Shown here piece by piece: positions 27,948 to 36,209 of a stretch of 64,000 nt of DNA. The notes beneath the pieces are model-generated. The model was not told where the DNA came from. It ran no database searches and worked only from the letters and a program-made list of their open reading frames with translations. Numbering within the stretch: the first letter of the stretch is position 1; the number at the start of each line of letters is the position of its first letter. The stretch spans positions 81-64,080 of the forward strand of contig MEUA01000027.1 of assembly GCA_001771505.1 (NCBI GenBank), read 5' to 3'. Position numbers and translations under genes: made by a program. Origin of the DNA: a candidate division WOR-1 bacterium RIFOXYB2_FULL_36_35 (GTDB taxonomy: Bacteria; Margulisbacteria; WOR-1; XYC2-FULL-46-14; XYC2-FULL-37-10).

Positions 27948-29213
27948 CTATTCAGAGAGGCCGAGAGTTTTAATCCTCTCAGAAAAAACAGAATGCGGAA
28001 CATCCAAAAATCTGCTAGCTTTGTGAGGATCGTGATTTACTTTCCACATTATCACATCTATAAATTCCTTTTCAAAAAAGCTTCTAATTTCACTTAAATT
28101 ATATTTTTTAAGGGAAAAAACTTTGTTTCGTAATACATTATTAAAAGAAAAAACATCAAGCGGCAAACTTTTAAAATTTAAAACCTCAGCGCCCGGGAAA
28201 CAAACAGATGCAGACTGTATTAAATCTCGCAGCTCATCATAATTTCCAGGAAAATCATAATACATTAAAAAACTTATCACTTGAGGCGAAATATATTTTA
28301 TCCGCGGAGCATGTTTTATTAAGTAAGACAAAGCAATAATTGGGATATCTTCACGTCTTAAACGAAGAGGAGGCAATTCCAAGGTTTCAAAGCCAGAGAA
28401 TCTTTCTTTATTGCAAACAGACAAGATTATTCTCACAGGACTTTTTTTCTCTTTTATAAAATGAGCGACACTTAAACAAAAGGCCTCAGGAATAGAATCA
28501 ACACCAGAAAGAAAAATTGTTCCGGGGAAATTATTTTTATTTTCAATTCCTTCTTCCTCCGAAAAGGAGAGCAATTCTTTTAAAGTCAAGAAAAAATGCG
28601 CCTCGGAAAGATTTTTATCAAAAGAAGCGATATCTATCTTAGAAAAACGCCTGTCAGAATTTCTCCCGTGGCGGTGTAAAATTTTTGCTATAACCTCTCT
28701 GCTTATCCCTTTTTCTCCGTAAATTACAAGATCATTTGTATCAATTGCAAGTTTTTTTATCTTTTCAAGAAGTTCGCTTATAACAGGGCTAACTCCCTCC
28801 AGCCATTCTGTATCACTTAGCCCGGAAAAATCCAAATCAAAAACCTCATGAGTCTCAATGGCTTTCCCCACAGAATTTACTAAAATTTCCGAGTCAAAAG
28901 GTTTTCGCAAAAAATCCAAAACGCCAAGCTTGGTAGCTTGAACCGCAAGGGGGATGCTATTTGATGAAGAAAACATTATAACTTTATTTAATGGCAGTTT
29001 TTTGCGGAGCTCACGAAAAATCATTAATCCGTCCCTTTCTTTCAAATCAAAGTCCATTAAAATAAGCTTATACTTAGGGTTGGAAGCTTCTTGTAAAAAT
29101 TTTTCTTCCGCCTCTGAGCAAGTAACATCATAAGATGAAAGAATCTCAGTTATCTGTTCAGCTAACTCCTGATCATCTTCTAATAAAAGTATTTTCTGTT
29201 TATTTTCAGACAT
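27948..29213 (-). CDS. NtrC-family response regulator with degenerate AAA+ sigma-54 activation domain
   Basis: REC domain (ILLLEDD ... LILMDFDL). Central domain keeps PPLRLRREDIPII and YDFPGNYDELRDLI, but Walker A reads GEKGISRE, Walker B reads IFLSGVDS, and no GAFTGA is present. C-terminal HTH. Confidence 0.75.
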   Translation of the reverse strand: MSENKQKILLLEDDQELAEQITEILSSYDVTCSEAEEKFLQEASNPKYKLILMDFDLKERDGLMIFRELRKKLPLNKVIMFSSSNSIPLAVQATKLGVLDFLRKPFDSEILVNSVGKAIETHEVFDLDFSGLSDTEWLEGVSPVISELLEKIKKLAIDTNDLVIYGEKGISREVIAKILHRHGRNSDRRFSKIDIASFDKNLSEAHFFLTLKELLSFSEEEGIENKNNFPGTIFLSGVDSIPEAFCLSVAHFIKEKKSPVRIILSVCNKERFSGFETLELPPLRLRREDIPIIALSYLIKHAPRIKYISPQVISFLMYYDFPGNYDELRDLIQSASVCFPGAEVLNFKSLPLDVFSFNNVLRNKVFSLKKYNLSEIRSFFEKEFIDVIMWKVNHDPHKASRFLDVPHSVFSERIKTLGLSE

Positions 29214-29286
29214 TTTCCAATTCTCAAGTTGAATTATAGCAACTCTTATTCAATGGGTAAAGGCCTTTTAATTGACAGACAGCTTT

Positions 29287-29372
29287 AACCCCGATTATCC
29301 ATACTCGAGTAATGTTTGACAATTTGTTAGTTATTGATTCTGGCGTGAACCCCTATTATCCTAATCGGGGGG
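29287..29372. repeat. Family-A element (short form)
   Basis: aaccccgattatcca ... gaacccctattatcctaatcgggggg. The right arm contains the stop codon of the bioC-like gene. Confidence 0.75.
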
Positions 29373-30107
29373 AAGGGTATGAGTCTCCACAAAATAGATA
29401 TCCCATTCTACTTTAAACGTTCCTTCCTCTTCGCCAAAACGCGAAAGAAGCCGTCTCTTGGTTAAAAGCCCTTTATTCCTAACTTCCAAGGGATTCTGTC
29501 CTCCTATATTTTTCAGATAACTAAAAAAAGAGAAAACATCTCTATACTCTTTCACAATTATTTTCTCTTCAAGCTTTACTTTATTAAAATATTTATTCAA
29601 GCATCTTTCAAGCTCAATTTTTGAAGGGAATTTATTTACAGAGAGGCCGACTCTTCTGATATTGTTAAAAGTGGCAGGGCCAAAGGTAGTAAAAAAGAAA
29701 GCCCCGTCTTTCTTTAAAAAAGAAGGAATCTTAGAAAAGACCTTTTTATAATCCATCCACTGAAAAGAAGCATTTGCAACAACCAAATCAAACTGCTTAT
29801 TTTTAAAAGACAAAGACTCCCCATCCTCCACATAAAAAGAGACATTCTCATTTTTTATTCTTGAAGAAGCAATTTCAATCATCCCCGGGGCAATATCAAT
29901 CCCTACAATTTTGGCAGAAGGAAATCTGCTTGAAAGGATAGACGCCAATCTTCCCGTTCCGCAACCGATATCTAAAATATGCTTATAATCATCACGGCAA
30001 AAAATCTTTTTAAGAAGCATCTCCATCATTTCAAGCTGTACATCAGCGCACTGATCATAAGTTAAAGCGCTTTTTGAAAAATTATCTCTTATCTTATCTT
30101 TATCCAT
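29361..30107 (-). CDS. bioC: SAM-dependent methyltransferase, BioC-like (malonyl-ACP O-methyltransferase)
   Basis: FSKSALTYDQCADVQ, ILDIGCGTGRL, ANASFQW, FTTFGPATF pattern typical of BioC. Confidence 0.65.
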   Translation of the reverse strand: MDKDKIRDNFSKSALTYDQCADVQLEMMEMLLKKIFCRDDYKHILDIGCGTGRLASILSSRFPSAKIVGIDIAPGMIEIASSRIKNENVSFYVEDGESLSFKNKQFDLVVANASFQWMDYKKVFSKIPSFLKKDGAFFFTTFGPATFNNIRRVGLSVNKFPSKIELERCLNKYFNKVKLEEKIIVKEYRDVFSFFSYLKNIGGQNPLEVRNKGLLTKRRLLSRFGEEEGTFKVEWDIYFVETHTLPPD

Positions 30108-30165
30108 AATCTGTTAAATATTATGACACAAACCCTGAGCATTCCAGGAAAACACGGCAGTCTTG

Positions 30166-31494
30166 TTATGTAAGTCTTATCTCTACAGACTTTTTATGGG
30201 CATCTAAACCTTCAACACCAGCAAGCATTACAACATCATCGCGGATTTTTGCGAGGGCTCTTTTAGAGTATTTCAATACACTCTGCTTCTTAATAAAATC
30301 ATAAACGCCAAGAGGAGATGAAAATCTGGCTGTTGTATAAGTAGGCAAAACATGATTAGGCCCCGCACCATAATCTCCAATCGCCACAGGGGAAAATTCC
30401 CCAACAAAAACTGCCCCCGAATTTTTTATTCCAGTTAAAAACTTGTCAGGCTTTGAAATAAAAAGTTCAAGATGCTCAGGCGAAATTCTATTTGCAATAT
30501 CAATAGAATCTTCAATATTATTTACGACAAGAAAACACCCCTTACTTTCAATCGCTTTTCTCACAATCTCTTTGCGTAAAAGGCTATCAAACTGTTTTTT
30601 GACCTCTTGATTTACACTCTTTGCAAATTCTTCCGAATCTGTAATTAAAATAGCCTGAGCATTAGGATCATGTTCGCACTGAGCCAGCAAATCAGAGGCT
30701 ATATATCTCGGATTTGCCTTTCTATCCGCTATTATTAAGACATCAGAAGGCCCCGCCAATGAGTCTATCCCAACAATAGGCGAAAGCTTGTGTTTTGCAA
30801 GTGTAACATAAATATTGCCGGGGCCTACTATTTTATCTACTTTTGGGATTGTGGCAGTACCGTAAGCTAAAGCCGCCACTGCTTGAGCCCCTCCCACCTG
30901 ATAAATTTCTAAGACTCCTAATTCGTTTGCAGCGACAAGAACATGCGGATTTATCTTTGGAGGAGAGACCATCACAATCCTTTTAACTCCGGCTATTTGC
31001 GCAGGGATAACATTCATCATTACAGAAGAGGCATAAACAGCCCTCCCCCCGGGGACATAAACACCGACACTCGAAAGAGGGATATTCCTCATGCCAAAAA
31101 AAGAGCCGTCCGCGAATTTTCGCTTCCACTCTTTGGGTTCTTTCTGGTTTTCATGAAAGCTCCTTACATTTTTAACCAGTCTTTTAAAAGATTTTAAAAA
31201 CGAAGGATCGATCTCTTTATAAGCAGCATTGATTATTATCTTTGAAACTTTTAAATCTGAAACAGCAAGATCAGTCTCTTTAGATTCTTCTCTCAGTTTA
31301 AGGTCAGTTTTTCCTGAAATATCCACTTGATCATATTCTTTTGTAAGTTCAATTAAAGCTTTATCCCCATCTCTCTTTACTCTATTTAAAATATCTTTAA
31401 TAACAGAATCGGCACTGTAAGGCACAAAAAAACTCTCCTCAAGCCTTTTTAGATATTTTAAAATTTCATCGCTTTTTTCAAGGATTTTAAACAT
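30166..31494 (-). CDS. hisD: Histidinol dehydrogenase
   Basis: 442 aa. QCEHDPNAQ and GDYGAGPNHVLPT signatures. Confidence 0.95.
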   Translation of the reverse strand: MFKILEKSDEILKYLKRLEESFFVPYSADSVIKDILNRVKRDGDKALIELTKEYDQVDISGKTDLKLREESKETDLAVSDLKVSKIIINAAYKEIDPSFLKSFKRLVKNVRSFHENQKEPKEWKRKFADGSFFGMRNIPLSSVGVYVPGGRAVYASSVMMNVIPAQIAGVKRIVMVSPPKINPHVLVAANELGVLEIYQVGGAQAVAALAYGTATIPKVDKIVGPGNIYVTLAKHKLSPIVGIDSLAGPSDVLIIADRKANPRYIASDLLAQCEHDPNAQAILITDSEEFAKSVNQEVKKQFDSLLRKEIVRKAIESKGCFLVVNNIEDSIDIANRISPEHLELFISKPDKFLTGIKNSGAVFVGEFSPVAIGDYGAGPNHVLPTYTTARFSSPLGVYDFIKKQSVLKYSKRALAKIRDDVVMLAGVEGLDAHKKSVEIRLT

Positions 31495-32566
31495 TTATAA
31501 TCGATCCTTTTTTGATAAGAGATTTACTTGCAAGGACAGCCCCGTTAAGTTTGCAATCATCCTCAATTTTACAATCAAAACCTACTACGCAATTCGACAT
31601 TTTCACATTTTTTCCGATATGCGCCCCCCTCCAGACAATGCACCTCTCTAGAGTAGAATGCTCGCCAATTTCAACCTTTTCGCCAATAACTGTATAATCT
31701 TTCAACGCAACTCCACTGTTTAATTTGACTCTGTCCCCAATCAAAACCGAACCAAAAATTTTAACCGCCTCACCAAAAGAGACATTCTCTCCCAGCCAAT
31801 ATCCTTCCTGATGTCTTGTTCCAAAAATACGAACGGAGACCTCCCCTCTTAAAATGTCTTCATGAGCACGAATATATTTTTCAGTATTACCAATATCCAT
31901 CCAGTAACGATCCGACAAAAATCCATATATCGCAGCTCCCTCACAAAGGAGCTTAGGGAAAAGATCGTGCTCAAACATATATAATTTGTTTTTGGGAACA
32001 TCATTAAAAATAGAAGGGGCTAAAACATATAAACCCGCGTTAATCTCTCTGCAATCAACGCCCTCAAGCATGCTCCAAGTCGGTTTTTCAATAAACTGCT
32101 TGATCTTTCTCTCTTTATCAGTTAGCACAAGACCATAGGCTGTAGGATCATCGACAGATGTCAATGTCAATGTAACTTTTGATTTCCTTGAAATATGAAA
32201 ATCTAAAACCTTAGAAATATTTATATCTGTTAAAATATCCCCGTTAAAAACAACCAAAGGTTCATCCCCAAAAAATTCTTCAGCATTTTTAACCGCCCCA
32301 GCCGTTCCCAAAGGATCTTTTTCTACACAATAGTATAGTTTAACGCCATACTCCGAACCGTTGCCAAGGATATGCTTTATAGCCTCGGACATATAGTGCA
32401 AACTTAAAATAATATCAGTTATGCCATGCTGTTTAAAAAGTTCTATCTGATGAACAATAAAAGGCCTGTTTACAACAGAAACAATCGGTTTTGGCATATC
32501 ATAAGTCAATGGTCTAAGTCTCGTGCCAAGCCCCCCCGCAATAATTACGGCTTTTGCCCTACTCAT
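31487..32566 (-). CDS. Sugar-1-phosphate nucleotidyltransferase with left-handed beta-helix C-terminus (mannose-1-phosphate guanylyltransferase-like)
   Basis: AVIIAGGLGTRLRPLTYDMPKP N-terminus, hexapeptide repeats at the C-terminus. Start moved to the ATG at 32566 (MSRAKAV), which overlaps the upstream stop by 8 nt. Confidence 0.8.
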   Translation of the reverse strand: MSRAKAVIIAGGLGTRLRPLTYDMPKPIVSVVNRPFIVHQIELFKQHGITDIILSLHYMSEAIKHILGNGSEYGVKLYYCVEKDPLGTAGAVKNAEEFFGDEPLVVFNGDILTDINISKVLDFHISRKSKVTLTLTSVDDPTAYGLVLTDKERKIKQFIEKPTWSMLEGVDCREINAGLYVLAPSIFNDVPKNKLYMFEHDLFPKLLCEGAAIYGFLSDRYWMDIGNTEKYIRAHEDILRGEVSVRIFGTRHQEGYWLGENVSFGEAVKIFGSVLIGDRVKLNSGVALKDYTVIGEKVEIGEHSTLERCIVWRGAHIGKNVKMSNCVVGFDCKIEDDCKLNGAVLASKSLIKKGSIINV

Positions 32567-33635
32567 TCTGCATATCCTTTTTAAATGCAGAAATAACCTC
32601 AATAGGGGTCGGATCCACCCCTTCTAAAACGGCAGAGTAGACACTTAAAATGTCAATATAAAATATTAAAGATAAACTTTTTTCAATCTTTGATTTTCCC
32701 AAACTATCTATCTGTAAAATCGAGGAGTTTCCAAATTTATCTTTCCATAAACGCTCCACAGCATCAAGCCTCTTCTTGACTGGAAAAAGCTCATCGCCTC
32801 TTCTTAATAATATTGCGACAAATTTATTTTTCTCTGGCAAAATGGCAAAAATACTCCCTATTTCATTATGATTCATTTCCGGCAAGACGGAATAAATTGC
32901 CAGTTTTTTGCCGTTTTCATTAAATTGCCCCTTGAGCCTTAAGCCACATGCGGCCGTATACATACTTGAAGTACAAATTAAAGGGAGCTTTCCTTTAATC
33001 ATTTTTGCTTGCCGCTTTGCAATATTATCCTTTTCTAAAACATCATGCCCAATACTCTCTTTAAGTTTAATTAAAATATCTATTGAGCTGTTAAGATTTT
33101 CTTTTTGCATAGGAATACAGCCTAAAAATTCAAAAAGTCTGACAAGAAAAACAAATATAAAATAAAAAGCCGCACGAGGAACAAAATCTTCCGGAAGAGA
33201 TAAGAAAAGATACTTTTTCTTTTCTGCCAGTTCTTTTAATTTTCCGCCGCTGCTTACGCAAATGATTCTCATCCCTCTCTCTTCCGCAACCTTTAAAGAT
33301 GCCAATGTCTCTTGTGTATTTCCGGAATAACTTATGGCAATAAAAAGATTTTTTTTATCAAGAAAGCCGGGAATATCATAACCGCGATTTATATATATCT
33401 TTTTGTCCGATTCTGAAGCAAACAGATCAAAAATAATATCTCCCGCAATAGCAGACCCACCCATGCCGGAGATCACAACCCCATCAAAAAACTCAAGATC
33501 TTTATCAACTCCAAAAAGTTGCGATGAGACGGAATTAATCGCAGAAGAAATCTGATTTGGCGCGTCTTCAATATTAAAGAGCATCCCGCTTTTATCTATC
33601 TTTTTTATATGTTTTAAATCATCAAGTAAAAGCAT
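32559..33635 (-). CDS. Bifunctional phosphoglucose/phosphomannose isomerase (SIS domain)
   Basis: 358 aa. SIS motif VISGMGGSAIAGD, ISYSGNTQET. Confidence 0.7.
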   Translation of the reverse strand: MLLLDDLKHIKKIDKSGMLFNIEDAPNQISSAINSVSSQLFGVDKDLEFFDGVVISGMGGSAIAGDIIFDLFASESDKKIYINRGYDIPGFLDKKNLFIAISYSGNTQETLASLKVAEERGMRIICVSSGGKLKELAEKKKYLFLSLPEDFVPRAAFYFIFVFLVRLFEFLGCIPMQKENLNSSIDILIKLKESIGHDVLEKDNIAKRQAKMIKGKLPLICTSSMYTAACGLRLKGQFNENGKKLAIYSVLPEMNHNEIGSIFAILPEKNKFVAILLRRGDELFPVKKRLDAVERLWKDKFGNSSILQIDSLGKSKIEKSLSLIFYIDILSVYSAVLEGVDPTPIEVISAFKKDMQNE

Positions 33636-33638
33636 TAT

Positions 33639-34814
33639 TTAAATAAGCCCTTTCAAAACTTTTACCGCCTTATCAAGCTGGAGGTCAGAGCCAGTCTCTT
33701 CGAGTAGTTTTAATTTTGCTTCCTCGGTTGGCAACTTAATCTCAACATCAGGAATAATCCCTTTTTTAGTAATATCTTTCCCGCTTGGCGTAAGATATTT
33801 TGCAATAGTTAAAAGAATAGCCGAATTATCCTGCAACATTCTGACGCTTTGAACAGAAGCCTTTCCAAAAGAGTTGGTTCCGACAATTGTAGCAATTTTA
33901 TTGTCCTGCAAAGCGCCTGCCAAGATTTCCGAGGCCGATGCTGAAGACTCATCAATTAATACAACAATAGGATTTACCCAAATAACATCTCCCGTTGAAT
34001 ATTGAATTTCATTCATTCCATTCCTGTCTACAGTCTGAACAATAGCCCCCGAACGAATAAACATACTCCCTATTTCAATCGCATTTTCCAGAAGCCCGCC
34101 GCCATTCCCCCTTAAATCCAAAATCAACCCTTTTGCATTATCCTTTTTGACGCTATTAATTGCTTTTTTAAATTCAGCGGGAGCTCCCTGTTTTTCAAAA
34201 GTATTAAGTTTTATATAGGCTATATCATCTTGCATCATTTTAAACTCTACGCTTTTTATGAGAATTTCGCTTCTTTTTATCACAAAATCTTTTGGCTCAT
34301 CAAATCCTTTACGCATCACAGAAAGTTTTACTCTTGTCCCCTTCTTCCCCCTTATTAGGGAAACAGCCTCCTCAAGCGCCATGTCTTTAGTAGGTTTATC
34401 ATCAATTTTAACTATCAAATCCTTTGGTTTTAACCCCTTTTCTTCTGCCGGTGTTCCAGCTATAGGAGAGATGACAATTAATTGATGCTCTTTCATCCCT
34501 ATATATATGCCTATTCCGCTATAACTCCCTTTCATCCTCATGCGCATTTCGGAATAAGCAGTTGGCTCTAAAAATCTTGAATAAGGATCATCTAAAGAAG
34601 TTAACATTCCACGAATAGCCCCATAAACTAATTTTGTGTTATCAACATCTTTCTCAACATATTGAGTTTTAATTACGCTGAGAACCTGAAGAAAAACTTC
34701 CAGTTTTTTCTCCAAATCATCGTTCGCCCTGCTTTTTCCGTATAAAAACCCAACAGAAAAAATAAAAATCGCCAAAATAATTACCGCAAAAAAACGTTTT
34801 GATTTCCCCTTCAT
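33639..34814 (-). CDS. Carboxy-terminal processing (S41) protease
   Basis: Signal anchor, PDZ region, LDLRGNGGG, SASASEILAGALQD. Confidence 0.9.
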   Translation of the reverse strand: MKGKSKRFFAVIILAIFIFSVGFLYGKSRANDDLEKKLEVFLQVLSVIKTQYVEKDVDNTKLVYGAIRGMLTSLDDPYSRFLEPTAYSEMRMRMKGSYSGIGIYIGMKEHQLIVISPIAGTPAEEKGLKPKDLIVKIDDKPTKDMALEEAVSLIRGKKGTRVKLSVMRKGFDEPKDFVIKRSEILIKSVEFKMMQDDIAYIKLNTFEKQGAPAEFKKAINSVKKDNAKGLILDLRGNGGGLLENAIEIGSMFIRSGAIVQTVDRNGMNEIQYSTGDVIWVNPIVVLIDESSASASEILAGALQDNKIATIVGTNSFGKASVQSVRMLQDNSAILLTIAKYLTPSGKDITKKGIIPDVEIKLPTEEAKLKLLEETGSDLQLDKAVKVLKGLI

Positions 34815-34834
34815 TTTTTATATCTCCTTTTTAT

Positions 34835-35983
34835 TTAGGGCAAAAAAACTCTTGGATTTTTTGGCTTGCCTTTAATTCTGACTTCAAAATGCAAATGAGG
34901 CCCTGTCGAATAACCGGTACTTCCAACCAATCCTATTATTTGTCCTTTTTTAACACGATCCCCAACTTTCATATACAAGCGAGACATATGGCCATAAACA
35001 GTAGACATGTCTTTGCCATGATTAATTACTATAGCTTTGCCATATCCATTCCACCAGCCAGCAAGTATAATCTCTCCGCTGTCTGCCGCTCTAATTACCT
35101 CTCCATAAGGGGCAGCAATATCCATTCCGGTGTGAAAGTCCTTCCTTCTCCAAAGAGGATGTGCCCTGTAGCCAAATACTGAAGTAATTCTACCACGCAA
35201 AGGCCAATCAAGTGAACCAGTACCTTTTTGGGCGGCGCCTGCCCCCCCCGATGTCTTCGCAAGTATTTCCTTTTCTAATTGAGCGGAACTTGCTTCAAGT
35301 TCTGCAACCTGTTTTTCATAGGTTTTTCGTCTCTCTTGTAACGAGAGATGAAGATTGTTTATCTCTTTTGCCTGCGCTAAGATTTTTTCTTTTTCATTTG
35401 ATATTTCTGAGGCAAGCCCTCTAATCTGTTCCGTGGTATCCGCAAGTTTCACTTTTTTATCTCGAAGATAAGAAAAACTTGTAGAAATATTTTTAACAAG
35501 GCCTCCGTCAAGCTCCACGATTTTCGAAAAAAAATAAAACCGATTAATAAAATCAGCCATGCTTCTGGCAGAAAAAAGAAGTTCAAGATAATTTACAGAG
35601 CTGTTTTTATATACTTCAACAATACGTTTTTTAAACCTTATCCTCTTAATCTCCAGATCTTGGCGGGTAGTTTCAAGGTCTGAAACCAGTTTGTCCAGTT
35701 TCTGTTTATTAAGACTTATCTTCTCATTAGCGCGTTTTAAATTTTGTTTTGTGCGATCTAATTTTTTCTTGGTAACAACAAGATTATAAAGAGCATTCTG
35801 TTCTTTTTTCCTTGTCTCTTCCAGCTTCTCTTGTTTTTCTTTAAGTTTCCTGTTGATCTCTTCAAGTTTCTTCTCTTTAATTGTTTTTTCCGAAGTAGAA
35901 GTCAAATTCACTTCTGACTCAGAAAAAGAAGGGACTACAAAAGAAAAGATTAGAACCAAACACAAAATCACACGGAAAATCAT
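34835..35983 (-). CDS. Coiled-coil M23 peptidase (EnvC-like murein hydrolase activator)
   Basis: Signal peptide, long coiled coil, HTGMDIAAPYG ... GSTGYSTGPHLHFEVR. Confidence 0.9.
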   Translation of the reverse strand: MIFRVILCLVLIFSFVVPSFSESEVNLTSTSEKTIKEKKLEEINRKLKEKQEKLEETRKKEQNALYNLVVTKKKLDRTKQNLKRANEKISLNKQKLDKLVSDLETTRQDLEIKRIRFKKRIVEVYKNSSVNYLELLFSARSMADFINRFYFFSKIVELDGGLVKNISTSFSYLRDKKVKLADTTEQIRGLASEISNEKEKILAQAKEINNLHLSLQERRKTYEKQVAELEASSAQLEKEILAKTSGGAGAAQKGTGSLDWPLRGRITSVFGYRAHPLWRRKDFHTGMDIAAPYGEVIRAADSGEIILAGWWNGYGKAIVINHGKDMSTVYGHMSRLYMKVGDRVKKGQIIGLVGSTGYSTGPHLHFEVRIKGKPKNPRVFLP

Positions 35984-36090
35984 TTAAAGATTTTAACATA
36001 GCAAAAATCGCATTACAAGGCAAAGGACTCGGCTCCCATGAAAAATCTGCCCTGGCCTGCAATTTCAAGTGAATATCAACGATATATAGT

Positions 36091-36191
36091 GGGATCTGTT
36101 GCAAAATAGTCATTCCCGTGTCGTAAACAAGATGGATCCCCGCTTTCGCGGGGATGACAAATTGCAAAAACTATCATTACACGATAAACCC
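36091..36191. mobile_element. Family-B MITE, degenerate copy
   Basis: gggatctgttgcaaaatagtcattcccgtg ... gatccccgctttcgcggggatgacaaattgcaaaaactatcattacacgataaaccc. Termini are decayed and there is no TSD. Confidence 0.8.
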
Positions 36192-36209
36192 AAAAAGGAA
36201 AATTAAGTT

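Noticed and set aside
35919-36167. ORF-track peptides MQFVIPAKAGIHLV... (35919-36167), ...MDPRFRGDDKLQKLSLRNS... (41863-42048) and ...CHPRESGEPHGNDHYATV... (57037-57228).
   Set aside because: They are translations of family-B MITE copies in different frames and orientations, not genes.
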